Shown here piece by piece: positions 26,713 to 39,108 of a stretch of 64,000 bases of DNA (the stretch's first letter is position 1; each line of letters opens with the position of its first letter). The translations under genes were made by a program, and so were the position numbers. Where the stretch lies: positions 12,214,001-12,278,000 of the forward strand of contig OX597820.1 of NCBI GenBank assembly GCA_951406725.2, in the 5' to 3' direction. The notes under the pieces are model-generated. The model worked only from the letters and a program-made list of their open reading frames with translations. It was not told where the DNA came from and did no database searches. The DNA is from Octopus vulgaris. Its lineage: Eukaryota.

Positions 26713-27185
26713 ATTTAATAATCTAATATTAAAAACACATATATTTGCAAATCGTACATCTGGTGTTGCTTTTTTTAATGTTGCGATAGTATATTCAATC
26801 ATTTAGATACCCATTGTGTTTTGTGAATTGTAATTCGAATATCATACAAAGTATTCAAGACGATTAAATGCTTTACTACCGAATATCAAAATATGACCAA
26901 AGCTTTTCATTTTGCTTTTTAAAGTATGTGTTTTAGTTACCAAAAGAATAGTCTACTAAGGATTATCGATGCAGAAGATACAGTGAGACTAATGTTTACA
27001 TTGCAGAATCTGATAGATTTTATGAATCTAGTTTTCAGAGTTTTCTGTCAGAAACTTATTGTTCGATCTTAGTTGGATATTTGCATATTCCTCATCCTCT
27101 TGACAAGTAAGCGCATTGTTGTACGAACATAATTAGCATACATAGGTACTAATAAAAGCTCGTATGTCCCTCTATTTATATCATA

Positions 27186-27561
27186 CTAGCAGTATCGCCC
27201 GGCGTTGCTCAGGTTTGTAACTATAAAGCATTTTTAGAGAGTTATAGCCAAAAAATAGCAAAAAAATGGAAAAAAAATGATGGTAAATTTTTTTTGAGAG
27301 TTAAAAAAGGTGGAGTTGCGTCCCCTAGACGGTCTGTGGTTTGGGTTTCTGATTCTCGACCCCATGTCGAATTTATCGATTTTTTTCAGAACTGGGGGAA
27401 CTTTTCAAAATTTTCGCTGCGTTAGTTTTGAATTATGACATTGGGCTATGTGTGTGTCAAGTTTCATCAGAATCGGTTGAAAGCCGTGGTCAGGGTGAGG
27501 GTACAAGCAAACAGACACACAGAAACACGCACAGACAAACTGCCGTTTATATATAGAGAGA
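27186..27561 (-). mobile_element. Complete non-autonomous Helitron, family H2
   Basis: On minus: A|TCTCTCTATATATAAACGGCA ... hairpin-CTAG|T. The 3' ~110 bp match H1; the rest does not. Confidence 0.85.
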
Positions 27562-27813
27562 TATTATAATGCCAGTGAAAACTACCTTTTATTGCATTGA
27601 TTCAAGAAGTTTTCTGTATCTTTGTCAACTCCATTACATTACTAGCTTTAGCTTTGGCTAAGATTTAGGAACATTTGTTCATTCATATGTTACCTTTTCC
27701 CCAATACATTTATCTGAGCAAATATGCATTGCATTAGCTCCTTTGAGACAGAGACACTTTGTACAATTTAGATAGGAATCGAATATACCAACCGCATTAA
27801 CTGATAGCTTAGG

Positions 27814-27851
<38 letters not shown>

Positions 27852-28706
27852 GTAGTAGTAGAATACTTGTTTCAGCAGCAGTCGTAGTAATAGAAAAAGA
27901 GAAAAAATATGATGAGGAAATGTGAAAAAAGATGAGAACAAAAAAATCAACTTAACATGTGTTGGAATTATCGACAGATACATGTGTAGGAATTATCGAT
28001 AGATATATTCAAGCAAGTTCTGAATGCAAAAAGTAATGCTTCAAAGAGAAGGTATAATTGGTTTGGCTTCGAATGTAAAAGGACAGCGTCGTGATCTAAT
28101 AAAGCTGCAATTTGCACATGGTTTGTATTCTAGATCTAATTACTCTTGTTGAAAACACATTCTATGAATGAGACGAAAGAAAACACGTAGAAAATAGTCA
28201 CTTCCTGACAAACAATGAATACGAAAAGAAAAGAAATATAAAACATTTCCCTCCTAGGAGATAACTTCTATTAGATTTGTAAGTAATTTAAATCACAGAA
28301 TACTTATTACGTGATACGTTGCTTAAATGGATAAATCTCGCAACTAGAAAAAGGTGTAATTGGCCCCGGACATGGACGGGAAATAGAAAAAAATATAAAC
28401 GAAAACTTAAAAAGAAAAGAATAAAAGAAATCGAAAGAACTAAATGTAGAAGTTGTTATACCTGCGTATCTATGTATATCTGTCTGAATGTGTGTGTATC
28501 AGTGTGTGCATACATGTGTGTGGATGCAGTCTCTTTAAATTTGTGCGTGAAGTTCAACTAACTTATAATTTTTTCTGTTCCTTTGAGGTCTATATTAGCT
28601 TTCTGGAAACCAGTGAAAAAAAAATAGGTATATGTATGAATATATTTCTAAAATGTTTCAAGTCTTTCTTGAAAACAGACACAAGCGCACGTACACGCAC
28701 ACAGAG

Positions 28707-28740
<34 letters not shown>

Positions 28741-28915
28741 TGAAAGTGTGTGTGTGTATATATATATATGTATATATATATGAATATATATATATACATT
28801 TATATATACATATATATATATATACACACACACACATATATATATATATATAATTTGTTTTCAGAATGAGATAAAAAAACCAAGGCTGTGAAGATTTTAG
28901 AACATTTATAAATTG

Positions 28916-28963
28916 GCCTTACGGCTGTTTCCGGGATATTTTTTATATCCCTTCACCGGAGAC
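28916..28963 (-). ncRNA. Type I hammerhead ribozyme-like motif (variant core)
   Basis: Minus: GUCU-CCGGUGA-A-GGGAUAU[AAAAA]AUAUCCC-G-GAAAC-AGCC-GUA-AGGC; stems I and II pair. Confidence 0.55.
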
Positions 28964-29206
28964 TGTGTGAGAAATTAGTTAAGCAATAGTTAATTTAGAT
29001 AAGACATGAAATAGAGAGTGAAGTGGAGGAATGAAAATAGATGTGAGATATGCAGGGATATTGTATATGTAGATCCATTATTTAGGCAGAATGGCATACA
29101 TATAAGATTCCAACACCTTGTGAGTAAATTCCAATAGTATATAAAAATTGGTCGTTCCAAGTATAAAATTTGTACACAGTGCTATTGAATCGAGAGTTTA
29201 TTTAAA

Positions 29207-29254
29207 GTGATCGATGAAGGGATATAAAAAATATCCCGGAAACAGCTGCAAGAC
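29207..29254 (+). ncRNA. Type I hammerhead ribozyme-like motif (variant core)
   Basis: GUGA-UCGAUGA-A-GGGAUAU[AAAAA]AUAUCCC-G-GAAAC-AGCU-GCA-AGAC; palindromic loop III. Confidence 0.5.
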
Positions 29255-29549
29255 ATTTTATTCATAAATGTTCTAAAATCTTCACAGCCTTGTTTTTTTT
29301 TATCTCATTCTGAATAAATTTTCCTTTATATATACACATGCTGATATATGACCTACGTTGGACTCCTTATTCGCATAATCACCGAACTTGGAGCTTAACC
29401 ATGGTCTTCCACTGCACTTACATTACCTAACACCTTTGGGTCTTATTGACACCATTACCTCTCATAACATATATATATATATATATACATATTCGTATGT
29501 ATGTATATGTGTATATGTGTGTATTTGTGTGTGCCCCTGTGTAAGTATA

Positions 29550-29589
<40 letters not shown>

Positions 29590-30142
29590 CACGCGCACGC
29601 GCGCACACACACACATACACATGTAATGTGTGTGTTAAAAGGAGTTCAATAAACAAAACTGACTCTTCACTACGTAAAGGACTCTGCGCGTGCTCGTTGA
29701 GTGAATAATATAATTAAGTTAATAAATGCTGTATATGTAGATTTATTTAACTTCTGGGGGGGGGGGGGATTTTCAAGCATCGAAAATGTATTTCTACGTA
29801 TAAATATCTGTGTGACTGTAGAACAAACGCTGGAACTGGCTAGGCCTTGTAAGAGAGAATTATGTAGGTATATATATATTTCTTTACTAAAAAATATCTA
29901 TACCAAAACCAAACACAAAATTAGTTCTAAAACTAATCCCATGAGTACAATTCTTTTCTCTTGGTTTGTATTAAACATACCGCTCATTCTGATTTGTACT
30001 AAATACACTGAACTCTCTCACACACCCAGATATAGCCACGCATTTCCGAAAATATCGACACAAACTTTTCAACGGTGTATTCACTATTATACATCAAGTC
30101 ATCAATAACTGACGCAAAGTGTATAATACTGTCCCACTGAAA

Positions 30143-31190
30143 ATGGCCAATAATATTCCAAAGCGCCACTGGGTAGAAAACGAAGTCAGTGCAATGATAA
30201 ACGCTTGGTACACTCATCATAACGATTGTGTAAAAGCTAATGTCTACGGTAAAATCGCTGAAAAATTAGCGTCTCAATCCTTTTACAGATCTATGAAACA
30301 GATCGAAAACAAAATAAATCACAAGATCATTTCATATTTTACACACGCACATGGCAACACTAGAAGCCATACTTGTCAATGGGTGTAGTGCACCGATTGA
30401 CCCAACTCCAACAGGTCAGGGGTCACTTCAACGACCCGCTAGCCAGCAACAAACAACATCCTCATTGATATCGCTATCTGACCTAATTCCACTGGCAAGC
30501 CAAGACTCACTACCACAACAACAACAGCCTGCTACTGCCACTACATTAGAGGCACCTTGTTTGGTACCACTATCTGACCTGATTCCACCCAGCCCTACTG
30601 TTGCAAGTCAAGTTTCACTGCCGCTACAGCAGCAGCAACAACAACAACAACAACAACAGCAACAACAACAACTGTCTGCTACTGCTACTACAGTAGGACC
30701 ACTGACCAACGAGCCTGCCAGTATAGCAAAACCTCTACTATACTCACGTCAAAAACCCTGTCGTTACCTTTCTCAAGGTAGCTGTAGATTTGGTCCCATT
30801 TTTCTATCCTGCCTTATGCCGTAGACTTGTTAAGGACACCTGTCCGTATGGTATAGCGGGAAAAAAACTGCTCTCACCTCTACCCCAAATATTGTCCTAA
30901 ATGCAGATTCCATGGTCCTGATCCTAAATATGGATGCACAAAAGGCAATGGATGCACCTTCTTAGATCCTAAACTATGCCAAATGTCTGTATCCCTAAGG
31001 CTGTGCTTGAACCCAGAATGCAACTACCACCATCTGAAGGGTAGAAAACGATCAAAAAATAAATATAAACAGCATTAGAGACCTACGACAACAGCAAAAA
31101 CAAAATACAGCCACATTTCACCTCCTACAACCAAACAACGAAGACAGTACTATGGGAAAACCATAACACCAAATAACATAAACATGAACT
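30143..31190 (+). pseudogene. Frameshifted LINE ORF1: Myb/SANT-like (trihelix) domain, poly-Q linker, tandem CCCH zinc fingers
   Basis: RHWVENEVSAMINAW...VYGKIAEKLASQSFYRSMKQIENKINH; then Q-rich ORF 30351-30824; then across frameshifts CRYLSQGSCRFG / LCRRLVKDTCPYGIAGK-NCSHLYPKYC...GCTKGNGCTFLDPKLCQMSVSLRLCLNPECNYHHLKG. Confidence 0.75.
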
Positions 31191-31823
31191 ATGTATCCTT
31201 TGACTAAGTGGCAAACCAAAGAGGCAACTCTTTTTACTAACTTATCTAGAAAATATGAAAGCCGACCTAAGCCAGGCGATCCAACGAGCTATCAGCAACC
31301 ATTTATGCAAAACACAAGGAACACCCACCCACCACCAACTAGAGAATCATACACACACAGTTCCATACAAAAACTACCCTCATTGCTACCTCTGATCAAC
31401 ATAAAACATAACTTAGAGCAATGCAAACATCAAACTACCCTTACGTCGTCATTCCTGTTAAATGTATGTGGCATCAACCCATCACTCATTGCCCTAAAAT
31501 GGAAGATCGCATATATAGAGAGTTCGCTTGCCGAAACGACACATTGCTTCCATTTCTTTATCCTTACTGAAACTCACCTAAACAACACACATATGGATGC
31601 CGAGGTGAAAATAAAAGATTTCACCATCGTTCGTGCAGATCGCACAGACCGAAATAAAGGAGGAATAGACATCTTTCTCCATGACTCCTTTTCAGTTGAT
31701 GCCAAGGACATATTTTCCAATGGCTATTGTGAATCTATATCACTGTTCAACAAAGCCAGGCCTCCCCAAGCACCTCTAAAGTGCATTGAAGAGTGCCTCA
31801 ACAAAATCAAGTCCTTCCTTTAA
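31191..31823 (+). pseudogene. LINE ORF2 N-terminus, truncated APE-type endonuclease
   Basis: Motifs LLNVCGI, ILTETHL, IVRADR...KGG, (Y)RPP; stops at the deletion junction. Confidence 0.85.
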
Positions 31824-32666
31824 AAATATAAAAGAGGAAAGGATCCCATCATCTTTAAACGGTGTCTGGACCGATTTCTTCAAGGAATACCGGATAAACC
31901 ACTCATACCTGAATACAACTCACTCAACAAGAACTCACTACTTGAATGGAACATCATATCACAAAACTTGACTTAAACAGTATTTAGATAATCCTATCAG
32001 CTGGTGCTATTAAGTTAGACATGGCCTGGACCAATCTTTGGTCGAAACATATCTAATTTTTATCTGAGTTTTAAAAGAAGTGAAAACAAAATCCAGAAAT
32101 GAATAGAAATAATAAAAATCTAATGAAAGAGAAATATTGATACATTAAATGTTGGCAATGAAATCTTGTCAGGAGATGTTTGCTAGAAAATGGTTAATGT
32201 ATTCAATATCTAGTAGCGTGAATATTGATTAAATTATTGGCTTATTTCCATTGATTTGATATAGATATTTTTAACAATATGGTGAATTGCATTGCGGGTT
32301 TAAGGAAGTTAAAATGATATTAAAATGGTAAATTACATTGTTGGTTTTGAATAGCTTGAAATGGTATTCCACAAACATTACCAATACAGCAATACTTTTC
32401 ATTCTACTATAGCCACCTTTGTAAAGATACTAGCTTGTTCTAACATACATAAAATAAATGAAATCATCGACCGACCATAACCACAACTACAAATGAAATA
32501 TACGGACAAACCGACAATTTCGGTCCGAATGATTAGAGAAAGATATGTACCCACATCAAAATAAAGCCCGCAGTACTGTGAAACTGTACATTTCACTTCG
32601 ATCCCCTTTAAAATATACTACATCAAACAACTGCGCGAGCACACACATACGCACACACACACACAC

Positions 32667-32718
<52 letters not shown>

Positions 32719-33460
32719 CACTCATACACAACCTTTACAGAGTAAATCTCTCCGTCTAATAAATAAGAACTTGAACATGCAATATTCACCTCAATATACA
32801 ATATTAACTGGAACCACATTAACCGCCAGTAAAATGTATCTGTACATCTGAATCATATGAAATGCATTTCATTAACAAGTATTCAGAAATAATATGCATG
32901 CAGGTCAAAAATATATAAAGCTTATAACTAGTTTACATTCATCTCTAACAGATAAAAGGGTTACTAATGGCTCGCCAGTTTAACTTGTTCACTTCAACTT
33001 CATTTACCGTTTATCACGGAAATGCAAATCATATTTTAATTACTCCATCTCTTTATATAAAGCACCACTTATACAAATTCACAGCGATTTAAATAAGATG
33101 TCCAACATTTTTATGATTTAATCCGTACGTTAGTGGAAAAAGAAAAATTCAAGAGTAAAAGAAATTAAAGCAGAGGTTTATGCGAAGTGAGAAAGGATGA
33201 CGAATACTAGACCCTTGGTGTTTTTAATGAGCCATTTTCCTGCCTTATTCGCTGGTTTGATAGCAATGTCACGGACGGTCATTGCGATAATCGACTGCAA
33301 CAAATTCTAGAAAAGAAATGTTAAGACCACTCTATTTTTTGTAGAAATTGATAAAATCTAGTTCATAATAGTTTTTACTTAGAAAAAGTTCTGTAGAATT
33401 ATATATTTTCCCAATTTGAGTGTCCAATTAGGTGTGTGGATTGCGTAAGATGAAAAAGTA

Positions 33461-33840
33461 GCAGGAGTGGGTGTGTGGTAAGTAGCTTGCTAACCAACCA
33501 TATGGTTCCGGGTTCAGTCCCATTGCGTGGCACATTGGCCAAGGGCCGACCGAAGCCTTGTGAGTGGATTTGGTAGACGGAAACTGAAAGAAGCCCGTTG
33601 CATATATGTGTATGTATATATATATGTGTGTGTGTGTTTGTGTGTCTGTTTCTCACCGCAACATCTCTTGACAACCGATGCTGGTGCGTTTACGTCCCCG
33701 TAAACTAGCGGTTCGGCAAAAGAGACCGATAGAATAAGTACTAGGCTTATAAAGAACAAGCCCTGGGGTCGATTTGCTCGACAAATATCGGTGCTCCAGC
33801 ATGGCCGCAGTCAAATGACTGAAACAAGTAAAAGAGAGAG
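33461..33840 (+). mobile_element. SINE family B
   Basis: Colinear with 9749-10169, with a small deletion in the CORE. Confidence 0.88.
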
Positions 33841-33931
33841 TTAAATATTATTATTACTTTTATTCAACAATTTGGTTCACAACTGTAATTTCGTTTCGCG
33901 TTTACGTGTGATAAAAACAATAGGAAAAATA

Positions 33932-34118
33932 TTGGTTTTAAATTTTTTCAGAAGGGCAACAATTTTGGGGTCGTGATGAAAGCCGATTACATCGACACCA
34001 ATGCTCAACTAGTATTTATTTTATCAATCCCGGAATTTGAAATCAGCTCGTAAAGACGACCGAAATACTGGTAAGCATTTTATCCGGCGTACTAACGATT
34101 CTGCCGGCTCGTTGCCTT
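33932..34118 (-). mobile_element. SINE family A, diverged and internally deleted
   Basis: CGATTACATCGACACC...ACGATTCTGCCGGCTCG; AAAAATATTG on both sides. Confidence 0.7.
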
Positions 34119-34233
34119 ACTATAACAAAAATATTGTGAGAAGGAAGACAGCACTTTTACATTTATAAGAAATGCGTAATGACTTAATAAACCTGGTATG
34201 TAAAGCTTGCGTCTGAGTGCTTGTTTATTTGTT

Positions 34234-34310
<77 letters not shown>

Positions 34311-35191
34311 GAGTGTGGAAGAACATCTATAACGCGGTCAGAAAACCAGAAATAGTCCGTTACGGATGCTGTTAGGAAACAGTCACTGTTTGGCTCAACG
34401 TTTTTGTATTTTGATAACGCATTTAACATTTCTTAATATGAGAATGTATCTTAGTTCGATATTGCATCTGGTTTGCAAGATCCTTGATGTGAATTCGTGT
34501 GATGAAACAAATTTTGTTGTGTCTAGGGTGAGTCATTTTGCCAATATTAATAATACATGCACTGGTTCAATTCTACCCCTTTATTATTAGTCAAATGGTT
34601 AAATATCCAACTAACTAATCGATTGTTTGTTTAACAGGGTTAAGCAATAATTCATTTGTTCTGTTTTTGCTCGTTTATTATTTTTTTTTGTCAAAGCTTG
34701 TTTGTAACTATTTACAACATCTTCAATGACTTCTCTCTTAGTCCGTTACGGATGCTGCATTTGTCTGGCTGAATGCGTAAGTTATTGATATTGGCATAAT
34801 GGCTCTCCCTAGACACAACAAAATGATTTTTTTTTCTGAAGAAAAAGCTTTGTCGGTCGCCATACGTTTTAATATTAAAATCAATAAAAATAGGTTTTAC
34901 AAACTAAAAATTCCTGGTTATTCAACAGTAATAGAATAGTGTAAACTGACCATTCTTTCTCCATTCGCTCTACTAAGGGAAAACTTAAAGATACACTAAA
35001 TGTAAAATGTGTCGTTTTATGTAGCCAAACAAAAACACATTCATATTATAAATGAAGATATTCAAATATGCAGAATCTCAGAAACTCAGATTATTCAAGT
35101 TCTCTATATAATTCATAGTTTCATATTTGATTTAAGACAGGATGTGAATATGTGAGCAAATTAAACTGCGGACAAGCTTAGCATGTATGTA

Positions 35192-35450
35192 TTCAAAAGA
35201 AAAGTAAAGTTCTTTCTCGAATCATAGCGATTCAAGGCTAGTCTCCCGCTTTTCATGGCACATATATTCCCCTTCTGGACGGGACGTCGGTCCGCCTCAG
35301 AATTACTCGGTTTTGTCAGCTGAGTGGGCTGGAGCAACGTAAAATAAAGTGTCTTGCTCAAGAACACAACGCATCATCCGGTCCAGGAATCAAAACCACA
35401 ATCTTGCGATCATGAGCCCAACACCTTAATCACTAAGCCGCGCGCCTACA
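35192..35450 (-). mobile_element. SINE family D head with V-like tail; 10-bp TSD
   Basis: CATGTATGTA at 35182-35191 and 35451-35460; minus tail CTGAGGCGGACCGACGTCCCGTCCAGAAGGGG. Confidence 0.75.
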
Positions 35451-35965
35451 CATGTATGTATGTACTTCGTTTTCAACTATTCGTATTATTTCTGTAAAGA
35501 ATAGGTTTCTAACAATGAGACAAAGCTGTATCAAGAAATTTTGGATTACAACAACAATGATGAGTTACTTACCATGTCCCACTTTCAAATTGTAACTTCT
35601 ATTTGCGTGCTGCTGGTCAGTATCTGCCTAAATACCCCGAGTTTAAAGATTGATGCATAGACATTAATTAAGATAAACAAGCGCACCACTAATTGAGGGC
35701 ATAAATGCAAATTTTAAATGTAATATAGGATAATCGATATTTCGAAATGACTTTCAATTGTCACTCTCTCTCTGCTGGGTAATTAATTACTACATGTAAT
35801 TTTCTTTTCTGTCTCCAGCAAGAGTATGCAGCTAGTTAAATATGCAAATTTTCATTGGAATAAATCAGCAATATTAATTGTATTAATAAGTGTGTATTTA
35901 GCAACGGAATTATTTTATACTTTTCTACAGATGGTATTATATATTGCATCGGATGGCAATATATC

Positions 35966-36170
35966 GGTTTCAAAATTTGACACATTGCCAGCAATTTCGA
36001 GGAAGGTGGATAATCGATTAGATCGACCCCAGTACTTGATTGGTACGTAATTTTATCGACCTAGAAAGGATAAAAGGATCTCAGCGGAATTTGGACTCAG
36101 AACATAAGACTGACGAAATGCCGCTAAGCTTTGTGCCCGGCGTGCTAACGATTCCCCCAACTTGCGGCCA
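35966..36170 (-). mobile_element. SINE family A, diverged
   Basis: GATCGACCCCAGTAC...GCGGAATTTGGACTCAGAAC...CCCGGCGTGCTAACG. Confidence 0.75.
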
Positions 36171-36320
36171 TAAAGTAATATACTACCGGTATTATTCAGC
36201 AGCTGGTGATTACGTGTTATAAGGTCCGCAGACATACAATTGATCGGTAGTTCTTCGCCACATGACTGGATTTCTTGTCTGGTTTGAGAAATGCTTCTGA
36301 TAACGCCAGTCAGTTTTGCA

Positions 36321-36612
36321 TACCTACCTACCTACCTACCTACCTACCTACCTACCTACGTACCTACCTACCTACCTACCTACCTACCTACCTACCTACC
36401 TACCTACCTACCTACCTACCTACATACCTACCTGCATACATACATAAACACACAAACACAAACGCACACACATACACAAACACACACCGACAGAGAGCAA
36501 ACTCGTAAAGGTCAGTAAGATAGCCGTCATAAAAGTATGCATCCATGTATGTATGTATGTATGTATGTATGTATGTATGTATGTATGTATGTATGTATGT
36601 ATGTATGTATGC
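36321..36612. repeat. (CTAC)n and (TATG)n microsatellites
   Basis: Direct reading: 36321-36430 and 36547-36612. Confidence 0.9.
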
Positions 36613-36872
36613 ACGTATATATAAATATATTTATGTATGTATGTATGTATTTAGGAAAAAAATAAGTGTAGAAACGCATCTAAACTGATAAACAGGTGAA
36701 ACGATATAGACAAGAAAGCAAATATAGAACCATTTTATCTATTCGCACCCTTCATCAATGCCTTTCACTAAGTATGCATGCACGCGCGTGCAAGATTTAA
36801 TAATAACAGAAAAATTGACACAGAATTGTACTCACATGTAAACACAGTTCTTTTTACTTATAACTCATCCCC

Positions 36873-37033
36873 CAGGAGTGGCTGTGTGGTAAGTAGATTG
36901 CTAACCAACCACATGGTTCCGGGTTCAGTCCCACTACGTGGCACCTTGGGCAAGTGACTTCTGCTATAGCCCCGGGCCGACCAATGCCTTGTGAGTGGAT
37001 TTGGTAGACGGAAACTGAAAGAAGCCTGTCGTA

Positions 37034-37078
<45 letters not shown>

Positions 37079-37280
37079 GTGTGTCTCCCTAGCATTGCTT
37101 GACAACCGATGCTGGTGTGTTTACGTCCCCGTCATCTAGCGTTTCGGCAAAAGAGACCGATAGAATAAATATTGGGCTTGCAAAAGAATAAGTCCCGGGG
37201 TCGATTTGCTCGATTAAAGGCGGTGCTCCAGCATGGCCGCAGTCAAATGACTGAAACACAAGTAAAAGAGAGTAAAAGAG
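36873..37280 (+). mobile_element. SINE family B, full length
   Basis: Colinear with 9749-10169. Confidence 0.9.
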
Positions 37281-37899
37281 AATGTGTTTATACATTCTAT
37301 TTTTATACCTGTATGTCCGTTTAGCATTTCACTACATTACATTGTTTAATTCACATGGAATTTTCTTTTTCTGTCTTCGTCCTACTTCTCGTATATGTGC
37401 GTGGGCGTGTGAATGTATGTATATATATATATATATATATAATATATATATATATATAAAACTGTACACACCACACTCACATACACATACATACATATGC
37501 ACAAATACATTAACACATACCTGTACCCGATTTCCAGCTGTTGGCTTTTTGTTTAAATCTCAAATATATAGCTAACTATCTCTCAAATAGATAACATAAA
37601 ATAAAATAAATGAATAAAAGAATTTTCTCTCATCGCGAAATATATAAATAAACTAAGATTCATAATACTAGAACCTTACACTGTGCTGTCATATACTGTT
37701 TATTTTTTTTTTAAATTTCTGTATATAACTCATTTTCTTCATCTCCCTATCTCAGCTACGAATCTCTTTTTGTGTATTTCAATCACAATAGCCTTGTTGT
37801 TCACTTCAACATCTCCTGAAGCAACAGATAAAATGAAATTATTCCATATTAACATTACTTTCAAGTGACTTCATAAACACAAACATGCACATACAAATA

Positions 37900-37939
37900 A
37901 ACATGCATATATACATATACATATGTATGCATGTGTATG

Positions 37940-37994
<55 letters not shown>

Positions 37995-38106
37995 ATGTGT
38001 GTGTGTGTGTGTATATATATATATACATATATGCATGCATATATATATGTGTATATATATATATACATATGCATGTATATTTATATATGCATATATATAT
38101 ATATGC

Positions 38107-38181
<75 letters not shown>

Positions 38182-38263
38182 ACATATATGCATATATATA
38201 TATATATATATACATGCATATATATATACATATATGCATATATATATAATATATATATATATA

Positions 38264-38303
<40 letters not shown>

Positions 38304-38445
38304 TATATACACACACATACCTATTTATATAAATACACGTATGTATGCATATAGGTATATATATGTACATATATCAGTATGTGTATCTATTCATATGTAT
38401 GCATACCTATATATATATGTATATATGCTTACATTTGTGTGTGTA
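37900..38445. repeat. Compound (TA)n/(TG)n microsatellite
   Basis: Direct reading; source of the YI-repeat ORFs. Confidence 0.95.
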
Positions 38446-38741
38446 TGAGAGACAAAGAAAGAAAGAGAGAGCGAGAGAGTCAAAGACTGAGACAGAGGGA
38501 GAGAAACTGCTTGCATAGGAATGCGTATGTATTAATGCAAGCCTAAAAACTACAATACAATGGCACAAAAGTTGGTTCAATATGTGGGTCTCTATTTGTT
38601 TGGAGAATTATTTACTGTTGACAATTTTCGTGGAGTAAAGATGTACACTTCCAGCTACACAATGTCGGAACTCCAATGACCAACAAACGTTCCGCAAAAT
38701 CTTAGATTATTAAGGAAAAATAACAATACAGTAATGGATTT

Positions 38742-39108
38742 TAACATTTCGGGGTTGGGGGTGGTCGATTACATCGGCCCTGTATTACACTGGTGCTTAT
38801 TTTACCGACACCGATGTACTGGAAGGTTACGTTTTTGACGAAATTTGAACTCTGAAAGTTAAGATGGACAAAACATTGCTAAGTATTTTGCCCGGAATCC
38901 GAATGACCAGGCCAGCTTGCCGTCTTAGAAGAACGTATTATAATCCTTACTGTTATTGGCACAAGGCCTGAAATTTTGGGTGAGATTGCTAGTCGATTAC
39001 ATGGACCCCACTGCCCATCTCGTACTTATTCCATCGACTTTGAAAGGATGATCGGAAAAGTCGTCCTCAGCAGGATTTGAACTCAGAGTGTAAAGACGAA
39101 CAAAATAC
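38742..39108 (-). mobile_element. Two diverged tandem SINE family A copies
   Basis: GTCGATTACAT and ATTTGAACTC motifs each occur twice (~38742-38925, ~38945-39108). Confidence 0.7.

Larger units (their letters stand above)
28852..29320. mobile_element. Element with ~105-bp terminal inverted repeats, each containing a hammerhead-like motif (inverted Penelope-type pLTRs)
   Basis: 28852-~28957 is the reverse complement of ~29212-29320; sits beside (TA)n. Confidence 0.75.
30100..32072 (+). mobile_element. Internally deleted CR1-clade LINE (~2 kb)
   Basis: ORF1 plus APE start joined at ~31815-31830 to the same 3' end, stem-loop and tail seen at 14498 and 18680; 5' boundary approximate. Confidence 0.8.

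Noticed and set aside
26259-26730. CRISPR-like repeat-spacer layout (also 62841-62924)
   Set aside because: Eukaryotic context, inserts are SINEs or absent, no cas genes.
37839-38448. Long YI/HT/CV-repeat ORFs (also at 0.4-1.1, 8.2, 9.6, 22.2, 28.6, 48.1-48.7, 54.2 and 55-56 kb)
   Set aside because: Translations of stop-free (TA)n/(CA)n/(TATG)n microsatellites, not proteins.
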